NCBI GenBank assembly: GCA_964016885.1
Contig: OZ024762.1
Coordinates: forward strand, 25,978,001 to 26,042,000
DNA: 64,000 bases
Source of the DNA: Eledone cirrhosa
Lineage: Eukaryota
Direction: 5' to 3'
This document shows, piece after piece, positions 13,397-28,471 of the stretch. Position numbers and translations under genes: made by a program. Position 1 is the first letter of the stretch, and each line of letters begins with the position of its first letter. The notes beneath the pieces were generated by a model. The model searched no databases, had not been told where the DNA came from, and saw only the letters and a program-made list of their open reading frames with translations.

Positions 13397-13435
13397 CATC
13401 ATGTGCTGTCTGTTGCCATGCAGTGTCTTTGAAAC
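13397..13435 (-). CDS. Candidate 39-nt symmetric exon (phase 1: G-FKDTAWQQTAHD)
   Basis: tgtgttatcttAG acceptor, ATG|gtatga donor, open frame, unique sequence. Confidence 0.35.
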
Positions 13436-13580
13436 CTAAGATAACACAATGTATATTGCATGTGTAAATTATGATATACTGGCTTTCTCACACTAGATAG
13501 AGTGAATTTTTCTTCTTCCTTTTCATGGACACTTTTGCAGTGTACATACACACAGACACACAGACACACAGACACACACA

Positions 13581-13720
<140 letters not shown>

Positions 13721-13724
13721 ATAT

Positions 13725-14102
13725 ATGTAGGAGGTGAGTTTTATTGTAGTACAATAAAGCAATGCAGATATCGGATAAGAAGCACTCTACAGTTTGTAGG
13801 ACTGGAGTATACATAATATAAGATCAAAAGATGGTTAAAGGAGTTCCATGTATTTTATTATGCGCATTTCAAAAAACAAACATCATCATGCAATAATATT
13901 TGTGTTTTCATCAGATAAAACAGGAGAACATGATATGAAGGCTAAAAAACACTTGTGGATAGTGCAGTTTTAAATCAACATATCATGTTCTCCTGTTTTA
14001 TCTGATGAAAACACAAATATTATTGCATGATGATGTTTGTTTTTGAAATGCGCATAATAAAATACATGGAACTCCTTTAACCATCTTTTGATCCTATATT
14101 AT
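13725..14102. mobile_element. Short ORF-less HHR element with internal inversion (family A)
   Basis: Inverted arms ~13812-13937 and ~13979-14102; further copies at 27146-27412 and 32500-33095, all in (TA)n. Confidence 0.85.
13996..14062 (+). ncRNA. Type I hammerhead (family A); other copies at 13853-13920(-), 27182-27248(-), 32630-32696(-) and 32984-33050(+)
   Basis: TTTTAT-CTGATGA-AAACACAAATAT..ATGTTTGTTTTT-GAAA-TGCGCA-TA-ATAAAA. Confidence 0.85.
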
Positions 14103-14154
14103 ATATATAATATATATATATATATATAAATATATATAAATATATATATATAAA

Positions 14155-14534
14155 AATTAATAAAAACAATGAAATAAAAACAAAGAACAAGTTCCTTATT
14201 TTAAAAAAATTCATCATTTTACGATCGTTTCTAGGATGTATATGTGTGTTGGTATGTATATCATATAGATCTATGTAAATAAATTACAAATTATCAGAGG
14301 AAATATACATACCTTCTCATATACAAGCTGTCTTCAGAAATAGTATCATTTCTGAAGACAGCTTGTATATGTGTAGGTATGTATATTCCCTCTGATAATT
14401 TGTAATATTTTTACATAGATCTATATGATATACATACCAACACACATATACATCCTAGAAACGATCGTAAAATGATGAATTCTTTTAATATAAGGAACTT
14501 GTTCTTTGTTTTTATTTCATTGTTTTTATTAATT
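14155..14534. repeat. Foldback palindrome with ~185-bp arms
   Basis: 14155-14341 is the reverse complement of ~14348-14534 with few mismatches. Confidence 0.9.
14345..14476 (+). ncRNA. Type I hammerhead with a ~100-nt stem II
   Basis: Stem I ATCATTT/AAATGAT, CTGAAGA at 14352-14358, GAAA-CGATCG-TA; stem II tgtatatgtgt..ggtatgtatat pairs with atatacatacc..acacatataca. Confidence 0.8.
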
Positions 14535-14658
14535 TATCTTCACTCTGTTTTCCTATGGTTTTCATCGAAAATGTTTGAATGCATCTTCTCTTTTCATGAT
14601 ATTTGGATTACATTGAGTTCTTCATACGGATTGGACACTACCGTATATTTTGGTAGAT

Positions 14659-14754
<96 letters not shown>

Positions 14755-14960
14755 ATATATCTATCTATCTATACATATATATATATATAGAAGGATTTAA
14801 ATGGATACAGTTTAGTTAAAAGGAATTTATTGACACGTGTTTCAATAACAGTTACATAACCTGAAAACAGCTGCTATCTACAAAGTATTAGTTATGCAGA
14901 CATTCAATATTTCAATGTTATTATCAACTGTCATTTCATATTACAACACTACGGAAAATA

Positions 14961-15049
<89 letters not shown>

Positions 15050-15052
<3 letters not shown>

Positions 15053-15367
15053 TTGAGAGAGAAACTGTGTATAAGAGGGATAAGTTGTAGTGTGCGGGAG
15101 AGAAGACTGCGATGGTATGGACATGTGATGCGCATGGAGGATGACCACTGGGTAAAGAAGTGCCAAGAAATTCCAGTAGAAAGAAGACGCAGTCGAGGTA
15201 GACCACGAAAAACATGGGCGGGAGTGGTGAGACCAGACACCAGATCGCTGAAGCTCACAGAGGAGATGACGAAGGACCGTGACAAGTGGAGAGATGGTGT
15301 GCTGACTAAGACCCGTCCCACCCTTGCAAGCAGGGAAAAGCAGACGTAAAATGATGATGATGATGAT
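15050..15367 (+). mobile_element. RTE LINE 3' fragment
   Basis: LREKL.IRGI...RRLRWYGHVMR...GRPRKTW followed by a (tga)n tail. Confidence 0.85.
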
Positions 15368-15432
15368 ACATATATATATATATATATATGATAAAGAACA
15401 CAAGAGCGTCTACAACATCAAAAGATTTTTAT

Positions 15433-15481
15433 TGGCTTACAATGTTTCTTCCTTTCGTAACCGTAGGATTCGTCAGAGCTA
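15433..15481 (-). ncRNA. Type I hammerhead
   Basis: (-) TAGCT-CTGACGA-ATCCT..AGGAA-GAAA-CATTG-TA-AGCCA. Confidence 0.65.
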
Positions 15482-15548
15482 TAAAAGGGGTTTGATTGGT
15501 GTTATGGACTCTACCAACCAAACATTCAAGAACAAAGAGTAAAGAGTA

Positions 15549-15617
<69 letters not shown>

Positions 15618-15619
15618 CA

Positions 15620-15710
<91 letters not shown>

Positions 15711-15749
15711 GTACATATATAAATATATATATATATATATATATGTATA

Positions 15750-15796
<47 letters not shown>

Positions 15797-15970
15797 ATTA
15801 TGCTTTGGAGCATAGAGTTACGTTTACTCTCACTGACTCTGAATCCCTTTCCCTATGATAACATGTTTCCATCCTTTATAGTGAGTCTGGGTGAGATGAG
15901 AGCCACAGCGACCCCTCTCTCTCTCCTCAGATCCTATAGAGTGGGCTATCCTCCTCTTTGTCAATATCAT

Positions 15971-16590
15971 TTGGCAGTATCGGTAGAGGGCCGGACGCCA
16001 TACTTTGACGCATAAAGTTACGGCCCTTTCCATTCTGAGTTCAAATCCCACCGAGGTCAATTTTGCCTTTCATCCTTACGGGGTCGATAAAATAAAATAC
16101 CAGTAATGTACTGGGTAATTTGCTGGCCTTGTGCCAAAAGTAGAAACAATTATTATTATTATCATTTCTTATTATCAAGGGCGGTGAATTGGTAGTATCG
16201 GTAGAGGGTTGGACGCCATGCTTTCTAGCATAGTTACGTCCCTTTACGGTCTGAGTTCAAATTCCGCCAAGGTTAACTTTGCCTTTCATTCTTAGGGGGT
16301 CGATAAAATAAAGTACCAGTAATGTACTGGGTAATTGCTGGCCTTGTGCCAAAAGTAGAAACAATTATTATTATTATCATTTCTTATTATCAAGGGCGGT
16401 GAATTGGTAGTATCGGTAGAGGGTTGGACGCCATGCTTTCTAGCATAGTTACGTCCCTTTACGGTCTGAGTTCAAATTCCGCCAAGGTTAACTTTGCCTT
16501 TCATTCTTAGGGGGTCGATAAAATAAAGTACCAGTAATGTACTGGGTAATTGCTGGCCTTGTGCCAAAGGTAGAAACAATTATTATTATT
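15971..16590 (+). mobile_element. Three tandem tRNA-derived SINEs with a Deu/Nin-like core
   Basis: A box TGGCAGTATCGG, B box GTTCAAATCC, core gcctttcatcctt..ggggtcgataaaataa.tacc; copies 2 and 3 are nearly identical with a 215-bp period. Confidence 0.85.
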
Positions 16591-16619
16591 ATCATTTCTT
16601 TGCTCATCTTCTAACACTG

Positions 16620-17290
16620 GTGATGTATTACAGCGTCAGCTGTTCACTACCAGTGAACTGAGGTAACACGCATCATTTCCCGCGTACCCTCTACAGTATT
16701 CAAGCTGTTCCAAATAGTTTTAGCGTACCCTCCTGTGTATTCGATCTGTTCCAAGCTGTTTTTCGTAAGTGTTCCATCCATATTGCAATCCCTATTTGTT
16801 TAAGGTACTTCCCCAAATCTTTACTCCCTGATCCTTAGACTCCAGCTATTATTGGTATTACCACCACCTTTTTCGGTGACAACAACTGCTTAACCTCCCA
16901 AGTAAACCTGTCATATATATATCAATGTTTTTTCTTTCTTTATCACATACCGTGTTATCAGCTGGACAGGCTATATCTATGATCCAACACGGTTATCTTT
17001 CACAATTAATACAATATCTGGTCTCCTATGATTTAATCTCATGGTTACACTGTATCACAAAGTCCAACAGGTACTTTATATTATAATTTTCTATAACGCC
17101 CTCAGAGTTATGTTCATACCACTTTTCTGCTCTGTCAAGTGCATATTTGCCACAAAGTTCCCAATGGACTATCCTTACTATATTGTCATGAATTCTCTTA
17201 TATTCTTTCTGAGCTAATGGTGTACATTCACTGGTAATATACCATACAGTTTCTGCATTCATGCCACAAATTCTACACTTATCACACAAA
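16620..17290 (-). mobile_element. R4/Dong-type (restriction-like endonuclease) LINE 3' fragment
   Basis: CRIC...ETV..ITSEC..LA..EY..IHD..V...VHW.LC and KWYEH; RPDIV follows after a stop. Confidence 0.8.
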
Positions 17291-17988
17291 AGACGTAGTG
17301 GAATAGTGAATAGACTAACAGGAAGGGAGAAATGTTCATGCAGATGATGTACAGGAGAAATCGAGAGGAAGTGTGCCAATGATATAAACCTTTTCCAGTC
17401 ACAGGAAGGATCCATAGACGTGGTTGATAGATTGTGTTATCTAGGTGACCAAATTAGCATTGGAGGATGGTGCTATGAGTGTATTTTAGCTAGAATATTT
17501 AGGGAGCTACATGGAAAAGGAAGGCTGTATGACACCTGTGATGCTGTGTGCAATGCTGCATGGAAATGAAACATGGGCTGTGACTGCAGAGGACATGCGT
17601 AGACTGGAGAGAAATAAAGCAGCCATGTTCTATTGTATGTGCAATGTAAATGTGAGAGAAAGGCAGAGCTTGGATGGGATGAGGGAGAAACTGGATTTAA
17701 GGGGTATCCGAGTAGGTGTGCAGGATGTAAGTCCATGTTAGTATGGACATGTGATGCACAGGGACAAGGACAGATGGATGGAGAAATCCCTGGAAATCCC
17801 AGTGGAATGAAGCCACAGCAGAGGACTAAGAAAGACCTTGGCAGAAGTTGTGAGAGCTGACCTCAAATCCCTAAGACTGGCAGAGGAGATGACGAAGGAA
17901 CGCGACAAGTGGAGAGATGGTGTGCTGAGAAGGACCCATCCAACCCATGCAAGCATGGAAAGCGGACGTAAAAATTATGAAGATGATG
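17290..17988 (+). mobile_element. Degenerate RTE LINE 3' fragment
   Basis: MLHGNETWAVTAEDMRRLERN; 3' end similar to 15050-15367. Confidence 0.8.
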
Positions 17989-18016
17989 GTATCTCTCTCT
18001 CTCTCTCTGTATATCT

Positions 18017-18110
<94 letters not shown>

Positions 18111-19057
18111 GTGCTGTAAATGTGGTTGGTGTTAGGTAGAGAATCAAGCTATAAAAAAACCCTGACCAAATTTACAGTCCCGTCGGAGTAAGGTACAGCA
18201 TGGCCAATCTAGGCCAGACTTGTCTCTCAACGCAGTTGCCACATGCAAACATGGAAAAATGGACGTAAAGTAGTGATGATGATGATGATGATGTATTCTT
18301 GTTTTGTTAGACTTGTCAACTGAACTAAGTATGTTTTCCTGATAAGGTCTGCTTCGGATTAGCTTATAATTTTAGAGGTTATATCCCTTGTATTGTGTTT
18401 TTTCTTTTAAGCTTTAAACAAAACGAAAATGGAGACATTTTATCTTCAAATAACACAAGCCCATCTCAGAAATAACTATACTAATATAATGTATACACTC
18501 AATTGGATATAGTATACTATAATATATTAGAAATTATATTACAGTAGTATATTGTATAATGCAATACAATGTAATGTAATATACACTGATATGATTTATA
18601 TGAATTATCTATATGTGCAGGTTTAATATACAGAAATATAATAGCTGCCATTAGGATAGATAGTTAGATAGATATATAGTTAGATAGATAGATAAAGAGA
18701 TACTTAGATAGATTGATAGATAGAGGGATAGTGTGTTAGCTAGATAGACAACTACACATAATATAATTTAATATAATAGGGTAGAACAAAAAATAAGATA
18801 ATATAATTAGCTCTATATACACAAGTTTAATACTTAAAATAGCCAGTAGGTAAATAGTTAACCACTATATGTACACATATATATACACTATATGTACACA
18901 TATATACACTATATGTACATTTATAAACACACACATATATTTATATCCATAAACACACACATACATATATTTATCTCCATGAACAAACACACACATATAT
19001 ATATATGTATATTATAATATATTATATATTCATTTTGTAAGGCTAAATAATAGTGAG

Positions 19058-19105
19058 TCTTGTTACTCTGGAGTTTCACCTGTATATCACAGGGTCATCA
19101 GACAA

Positions 19106-19107
<2 letters not shown>
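19058..19107 (-). ncRNA. Type I hammerhead
   Basis: (-) TCTTGT-CTGATGA-CCCTGT gatat ACAGGT-GAAA-CTCCAGAG-TA-ACAAGA. Confidence 0.85.
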
Positions 19108-19143
<36 letters not shown>

Positions 19144-19447
19144 ATATTTGGGAGGGTCATGTTGCCAATAAGAAACACACGCACCAGGTGCTTTCACTTC
19201 AATTTATTATAATAAATTTATAAATTTAGGAATTTATAAATTTCCGGTTGTTTGGTTGGTTCTACAACCAGATGGTTGTTTATATATTGTCAAAGTTCTT
19301 TCGTCACACATTCTGTGACCTCTTCAGTGACTGGGGATTCTTTTCTTTGTTTTTTGTGCCTCTCCTTTGTTCTGTCCTACACCATCTTGTTTTTGTGTGT
19401 GACACACACAAAAACAAGATGGCGTAGGACAGAACAAAGGAGAGGCA

Positions 19448-20433
19448 TCAATAGACAAACTATCTGGTTCTCTCCTCCCTTCTCACTCAACGTTAAAACC
19501 AATGTAGGAAAAAAATGTCTAGCCCTCTTAGATAGACATATCCCCATAGGTCATAAATACCGCTCCATCTTTAACCGACACAAAGTTAAACTAGGATACT
19601 CCTGCGCTAAGAACATGAAGGCCCACATCACCAGCAGCCCTAGGAGTAACACCCCACCAGGGTGCTCTTGCTGTAAGCCTGAAGCTTGCCCCCTTTCAAC
19701 AGCAATGCAACACACCAGCTGTAATCTATGAAGCTGTGGTCACTTCCAACCGACCAAACGAACCACAGGAGGTCAGATCCTATGTGGGCTTGGCGGAGGG
19801 CCGATTCAAGGAGCGTTTCCTGAACCACCAGTCTACCTTCAGATAACCGGACAGACGTTCATCCACGAAACTCGCGAGCCATGTATGGTCCCTCAAGGAC
19901 TCAACTATAGGCTACTCCATTCAATGGAACGCCATCACTAATTCCAAGCCATACGCAAGGGGAAATCCGACGTGTGGCTTCTGTATTGACGAACGAATAA
20001 CTATCCTAAAGAGATTACGCAATAGTGATTGCCTAAACACGAGAAGTGAATTTTTCACACGTTGTCCACACGTTACCAAACATCTATTGCATAACTACAA
20101 GGCTCCGGACTGATTCTTTGTAATTTTATGTTTAAATTTTTTAATTTTATTTTCAACCTAAAAACTTTCCGGACTTTCGCAGTTATTTCCTTTACACCTC
20201 CCGCACGCAGTCTAATATTGCCTGTGTGAAGTGACCGAGTTTCTGCGCATGCGCGTTCGTACGGTTGTCCTTCCTGTTCCTATAACCATACACATCCCAA
20301 GCTGAAGATCCGCGAAGGTGAAACAATTGTTCTCGGTATGGTGAACTAACTGTTGTGTAACCACTTCTACCTAACTCGTCCCATGGACTGAGTGCTCTCC
20401 CACTACGGATATTACCTTCCAGTTTCCACCACT
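19448..20433 (+). mobile_element. 5'-truncated Naiad-type PLE (GIY-YIG region and 3' pLTR)
   Basis: IWFSPPF, KLGYSC, CSC...CPL, VIYEA, YVGLA, C.FC..E, LNTRSE..CPH; ends at (TA)n. Confidence 0.85.
20293..20340 (+). ncRNA. Hammerhead in the PLE 3' pLTR
   Basis: CATCCCAAG-CTGAAGA-TCC gcgaa GGT-GAAA-CAATTG-TT-CTCGGTATG; stem I has 2 mismatches. Confidence 0.7.
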
Positions 20434-20453
20434 ATATATATACACATATATAT

Positions 20454-20835
<382 letters not shown>

Positions 20836-20935
20836 GATGCACTCTGTATAGCTCTACACCATGACACTGAAGTGAACCTAAACATCGAGTGCTCAACCGG
20901 GTGAACGTACAGTAATTCCAAGTTACAGTCCCTGG

Positions 20936-20968
<33 letters not shown>

Positions 20969-21407
20969 GTAATAATAATAAATTTGAAGACTAAAATCCA
21001 AAGAGGGCTCCATAAGGATAAATGTATATCAAATATTAAACAAAGAATCGCTGCTTTCATCCTTAACGGCATCCCGTTAAGGGTGAAAGCAGTGACTCTT
21101 TGCTTAAACTTTAATCGGTTATTTTAATAAATATATATATATATTATATATATATTCTTCTATGCCATGAAACAATGAAAGTAACTTGTCAAACAAGACA
21201 GAGAAGAAGTTGTGGTACAACTGAGAAAAATTGTTTATTGATTTTTGTTTTTATAAAGTTATAGTTTATATTTACATATATATACATTTGTAGTTTATAG
21301 TTTATATTTACATATATATAAATATATAGATATACATACATACAGACACACACACGCATATATATATGTATATAAATATACATGTATATATATATATATA
21401 TATAAAT

Positions 21408-21463
<56 letters not shown>

Positions 21464-21501
21464 ATATATATATATATACATATACATGTATATGTGTATG
21501 C

Positions 21502-21532
<31 letters not shown>

Positions 21533-21711
21533 CATGTATACATGAATATATATATGTATGTGTCTGTATATATATACATGTGTGTGTGTTTGTGTATGTT
21601 TAATTTTATTTTTTCCGCATGTCTGTAAGTTTATTTTCACATTTCTAACTTTCATATTATTTTTTTACGTTTACTTTCCATATATATATATATATGAGTA
21701 AATATATATAT

Positions 21712-21827
<116 letters not shown>

Positions 21828-21995
21828 ATATATATTTATATATATATGTGTATGTGTATTTTTTATTTGTAATTTAGTGAGATGGGTTGGTTATCTTAAA
21901 TCTTTCTATTATTTTTGATATTCGAAGGAGATATAAATTTGTTATAACCTATTTTAGTATTGCTTAGCAACGGCGGTTGGTTCATTTTAGAAATA

Positions 21996-23745
21996 GCATC
22001 ACCATCACTATCACCATCATCATCACCATCAACATCACCATCACTATCACCATCATCACCATCACTATCACCATCATCACCATCAACATCACCATCAACA
22101 TCACCATCATCACCATCAACATCACCATCACTATCACCATCATCACCATCACTATCACCATCATCACCATCATCATCACCATCACTATCACCATCATCAC
22201 CATCACTATCACCATCATCACCATCATCATCACCATCACTATCACCATCATCACCATCAACATCACCATCACTATCACCATCATCACCATCACTATCACC
22301 ATCATCACCATCATCATCACCATCACTATCACCATCATCACCATCACTATCACCATCATCACCATCAACATCACCATCAACATCACCATCATCACCATCA
22401 ACATCACCATCAACATCACCATCAACATCACCATCATCACCATCATCATCACCATCACTATCACCATCATCACCATCAACATCACCATCAACATCACCAT
22501 CATCAACATCACCATCAACATCACCATCATCACCATCAACATCACCATCAACATCACCATCATCACCATCAACATCACCATCAACATCACCATCAACATC
22601 ACCATCATCACCATCATCATCACCATCACTATCACCATCATCACCATCAACATCACCATCAACATCACCATCATCACCATCAACATCACCATCAACATCA
22701 CCATCATCACCATCAACATCACCATCAACATCACCATCATCAGCATCAACATCACCATCAACATCACCATCAACATCACCATCATCACCATCATCATCAC
22801 CATCACTATCACCATCATCACCATCAATATCACCATCAACATCACCATCAACATCACCATCATCACCATCAACATCACCATCACTATCACCATCATCACC
22901 ATCATCATCACCATCACTATCACCAGTATTATTATCTTCACCAGCATCATCATCACCAGTATCATCTTCTTCGGGGTCATTATCATCAGCATCAGCATCA
23001 CGATCATCACCGTCACCATCAACATCAGCATCAATATAACACCAGCCTCACCATCATCATAACTATCATCCTCATCATCATCATCACCATCACCCTCACC
23101 TTTATTATGACCAGCATAACCATCACCACCATCATCACTCTCACCACCAGCATCACCTCACTATCATTATCATCATCATCATCATCATCACCAGCATAAC
23201 CATCACCAGCATAACCATCACCATCATCATCACTCTCACCACCAGCATCACCTCACTATCATTATCATCATCATCATCATCATCACCAGCATAACCATCA
23301 CCAGCATAACCATCACCACCATCATCACTCTCACCACCAGCATCACCTCACTATCATTATCATCATCATCATCATCATCACCAGCATAACCATCACCAGC
23401 ATAACCATCACCATCATCATCACTCTCACCACCAGCATCACCATCACTATCATTATCATCATCACCAGCATAACCATCACCACCATCACACCCTCACCAT
23501 CAGCATCGCCATCACTATCATTACCATCATCATCACCAGCACAACCATCACCAGCATAACCATCACCAGCATAACCATCACCACCATCATCACTCTCACC
23601 ACCAGCATCACCATCACTATCATTACCATCACCACCACCATCACTTATCATCAGCATCACCATCAACATCACCAGCAGCATCATCATCATCACCACCCTC
23701 ACCATTATCATCACCAGCATAACCATGACCATGACCACGACCACG

Positions 23746-23784
<39 letters not shown>

Positions 23785-23822
23785 TCCAGCAACAACAGCA
23801 ACAACAATAACAACAACAACAT
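21996..23822. repeat. Compound CAT/CAC/CAA trinucleotide array with higher-order repeats
   Basis: Directly visible low-complexity array. Confidence 0.95.
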
Positions 23823-24179
23823 AGCAAGCTCATAGATTATATTTCATAGTTGCTTAGTTGCTGTCTTCCAAGCGAACCAAAGATAATTTGTTTTACACCA
23901 TTTTAATGTCTTTCAAGGGATGAGGCACTGATGTGAATGTGTAGACGTCTGTTTTCCTTCCTTCTTTCCTTCTATCCTTTCTTTCCTTCTCTTCTTTTCT
24001 CTTTCTTTCTCTCCATTCTTTCTCTTCTTTCTTTTTTCTTTCTTTCTTTCTTTCTTTCTCTCCCTTATTTTCGTTCTTTTCTGTTGTTGCTATGTATGCG
24101 GCGTGCTTGTTTGTTTGCTTTCGCTGGTTGTATGCATGCATGTACCAATGTATGTATATATATAATGTATATTCATATA

Positions 24180-24256
<77 letters not shown>

Positions 24257-24257
24257 G

Positions 24258-24309
<52 letters not shown>

Positions 24310-24378
24310 TATATATGTATATATATGCGTATATATATATATATATATATATATATCAATATATACATATATATATAC

Positions 24379-24412
<34 letters not shown>

Positions 24413-24434
24413 CAATGTATACATATATATATAC

Positions 24435-24465
<31 letters not shown>

Positions 24466-24572
24466 CATATATATCTATACATATATATATATACATATAT
24501 ATCTATACATATATATATATATACATATATATCTATATATATATTTAAATATATATATATATATATACATGT

Positions 24573-24603
<31 letters not shown>

Positions 24604-24607
24604 CATA

Positions 24608-24674
<67 letters not shown>

Positions 24675-24676
24675 AT

Positions 24677-24723
<47 letters not shown>

Positions 24724-25274
24724 AAATATATTCATATACATGTATATGTATATATATAGAGATAGATATATAGATAGATAGATAGCACACGCACTCACAC
24801 ATATATATATGCATTCATACATCCATCTATCAACATATTTATATACATATAGATACATATGTGAGTGTGTGTATGTGTGTGTGTGTATAATATATAATTT
24901 TATAGTATACATATTTTGTGTATGGTAATGTCCATAATCACATACCCATATATTTATGTACATGCTGACAGATAGATGTAGGCATACACTTATATGTGTG
25001 CTATATAGCAACGTGTGTAGAGGTATGCAGAAATATATGTATGCATTAATGCGTATATGTTTTTTCTATATGTAAGCATATATTTTTGCCTGCTTGGGTA
25101 AACATATACGTGTGGAGGTGGGTGGACATGGGGCATGCACTCGTGTGTGTCCGTGTGCATGTAGGTATGTATGTGTCTATGTAAATGTGCGTGTGTCTCT
25201 GAATATCTAAATGTAGTTGTGCTTTTTTTTTCTATTCACGTATGTAAATATGCATATATTTGTGTGTGTGTGCG

Positions 25275-25445
<171 letters not shown>

Positions 25446-25901
25446 TTAGTATATATGTATATATATATATGAATATATGTATATATATATATATATGTAT
25501 ATATGTATATATGTATATATGTATATATGTATATATATGTATATATGTATACATATATGTATATATATGTATTAGTTTGTCTTTCATTGGTGTACATTAA
25601 TAGAACATCTTTTTCTGTGAGCTTGCGCCTTTGTATGCTGACTACGTTGTTCATTTTTTTTTAAAGTTTCTTTTTTTGTGTTTTTCAATTGCTTCTGTTT
25701 TTCTGATGAGAAACGTTATACATTCACACACATACGCCCACATTCATACACAATGTTTAGTCTGAAGAAGATTCCCATCAATATTCTTTTTATGAGTTTA
25801 TTTATTTATATATATGTATTTTTTTATATTTTTTTTGCCTTCGTGAATATATTACTTTCCTATGTGCAGATAATATATGTGCTTACGTGCTACTATACAC
25901 C

Positions 25902-25939
<38 letters not shown>

Positions 25940-26139
25940 NNNNNNNNNNNNNNNNNNNNNNNNNNNNNNNNNNNNNNNNNNNNNNNNNNNNNNNNNNNNN
26001 NNNNNNNNNNNNNNNNNNNNNNNNNNNNNNNNNNNNNNNNNNNNNNNNNNNNNNNNNNNNNNNNNNNNNNNNNNNNNNNNNNNNNNNNNNNNNNNNNNNN
26101 NNNNNNNNNNNNNNNNNNNNNNNNNNNNNNNNNNNNNNN
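25940..26139. other. Assembly gap (200 N)
   Basis: Run of n characters. Confidence 0.99.
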
Positions 26140-27118
26140 AAGAAGATAGTGGACCTGATATCACTGCTCTACACCAACACCGAAGCCCAAGTCATTATAC
26201 CTGATGGGATGACAGAGTTCTTTGAGATACTGGCTGGAGTGCTCCAAGGAGATACATTGGCTCCCTACCTTTTTATCATCGTAGTGGACTATTGTATGTG
26301 CCTTGCACTGGAGAAACACCAGGACTCTGGCTTTACTGTAGCACCGGCTCAGAGCAGGAGAGTTAAGGCGAAAAACATATCAGATGCTGAATTTGCCGAC
26401 GACATAGTTCTGGTGACAAATACAGTGAAGGAGGCTGAGGATTTGATGCTGGAGGTTGAGACTGTGTCGATGAGTGTGGGGCTGAGAATGAATGAGACTA
26501 AAAACAAAATATCTGCTAGAGAATGTTGAGAAGCCAGAGGGGATCACTAATGTAGGCGGGAAGCCGCTAGAATTGGTTGAGGACTTCCTGTATCTGGGAG
26601 CAAAGATTGGGAATACGGAAGATGATGTGGTTGAGAGGAAAAGCAAATCCTGGGCGGCGTGCCACAGCTTGTGAACGGTGTGGAAGTCGGACCTTCGTAA
26701 AGACCTGAAAATCCGCCTCTTCATTGCTGTGGTGGAGTCTGTGCTGCTGTATGGGTCTGAGACTTGGACACTGACCAAGTAACTCACTCAGATGGTGGAC
26801 GGGTGCTACACGAGAATGATGAGGATGAAAAACTCAGAGCTGTATGGGAGCATCCCAAAAGTCAGCTCAAAAGTGACACAGAGGAGACTGAGGTTAGCTG
26901 GACATGCTCACCGACATCCAGAGTTGACATTGCACTCAGTGCTCCTTTGGGAGCCCCTACATGGACACACTGGAAGAAGAAGACCACGGTTAACGCATGT
27001 TGATGTCCTAAGGACAGACACTGGTCTGTTGGAGATGCAGGACATGGCAGCGATAATGAGGGACAGAGACCGCTGGAGAGAACTCGTCCATGGATCTCGG
27101 GAATTTTACCCGTCCTAG
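26140..27118 (+). mobile_element. Second RTE-like LINE family, RT and C-terminal fragment
   Basis: GVLQGDTLAPYLF, FADD, FLYLG, ESVLLYGSETW, RRLRLAGH; ends at (TA)n. Confidence 0.85.
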
Positions 27119-27149
<31 letters not shown>

Positions 27150-27410
27150 AGAACAAAAGATGGTTAAAGGAGCTCCATGTATTTTATTATGCGCATTTCA
27201 AAAACAAATATCATCATGCAATAATATTTGTGTTTTCATCAGATAAAACAGGAAGACATGATATGAAGGTTAAAAAACACTTGTGGATAGTTCAGTTTTA
27301 AATCAACATGTTCTTATATATTATGTATACTCCAGTCCTACAAACTGTAGAGTGCTTCTTATCCGATATCTGCATTGCTTTATTGTACTACAATAAAACT
27401 CACCTCCTAC

Positions 27411-27454
<44 letters not shown>

Positions 27455-27497
27455 CTGTGTGTGTGTGTGTGTGTGTGTAGATAGATAGATAGATATA

Positions 27498-27803
27498 TTT
27501 CTTTATTAGCCACAGGGGCACAAAAGAAGGGGACAAATACAAAGGGGGAAGTTTACATACAATAAAAACGTGTAAAATGTTATCACAGATGGAATTTAAA
27601 AGTTAGTCGATTTTCCCCAATAGAGGGAGACAGTTTATATGGGTAACACATACCCCCGAAAAAATGTGCAACCCTCATCTCCAGGAGTACGAAGAGCTTG
27701 TACTCCTTTCCTCTCCTCCTCCTTTTCCTCAACCTACAGGCTGATATAGAGAGAAGGCCTATTCACTCGGGCCATTCTCGCCACTTTCACCCACCTTTCA
27801 TAA
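27498..27803 (-). mobile_element. Tx1/L1-type LINE 3' end, same family as 684-1440
   Basis: Near-identical to 684-990; flanked by (GATA)n. Confidence 0.8.
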
Positions 27804-27871
27804 AGATAGATAGATAGATATAGTAAAAGAATGAAGAATAACATGGTCGGCTATACAATAGGCTTTATTTA

Positions 27872-27926
27872 AAGTATTTACAATTGTTTCATTAGCCCGT
27901 TTCGTCTAAAATTCACCGGAATACTT
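27872..27926 (-). ncRNA. Degenerate hammerhead (core CCGGTGA)
   Basis: (-) AAGTATT-CCGGTGA-..-GAAA-CAATTG-TA-AATACTT; perfect 7-bp stem I. Confidence 0.55.
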
Positions 27927-28120
27927 CTTGTTGAATCAAACAACGCCGAACGTTAAAACCATCCACGATACAGAGTACTCACAACCTCTACCTGTATTAT
28001 ATATATATACGTATATATGCATGCATGCATACATATATCCATACATGTATAAATATAAATATATATATATATATATATATATGTGTTTGTGTGTGTGTGC
28101 ACGTGTGTGTATATATATAT

Positions 28121-28167
<47 letters not shown>

Positions 28168-28424
28168 AACGAAGAAGGAAATTCAATTAGCATTAGTAAA
28201 GAGTATTTCTGTACGGTGAGATTTCGTTAAAAATATCCAAAAACGTAAAGCAATTTCGCATGAGCAATTGCTGTAAGAATGCAAAAGTTTGAACAAGTCT
28301 TCTTTCTAATACTTCTTTGCTAAATCAGTTAACAATATCTCGCATATCCATCATGCCGTGTAAACGATTGCTTATCATAGAGGGGGAGACGAAGGGATAA
28401 AGGTATATGTGTGTGTATCTGTGT

Positions 28425-28471
<47 letters not shown>

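Noticed and set aside
14826-14935. Minus-strand GAAA-CACGTG-TC half-hammerhead
   Set aside because: The matching core and stem I are too degenerate to call
21960-23062. 350-361 aa ORFs (poly-SP, IT, MV)
   Set aside because: Translations of a trinucleotide array open in several frames; no coding evidence
25697-25722. CTGATGA-GAAACG hammerhead-like string
   Set aside because: No stem II and no convincing stem I
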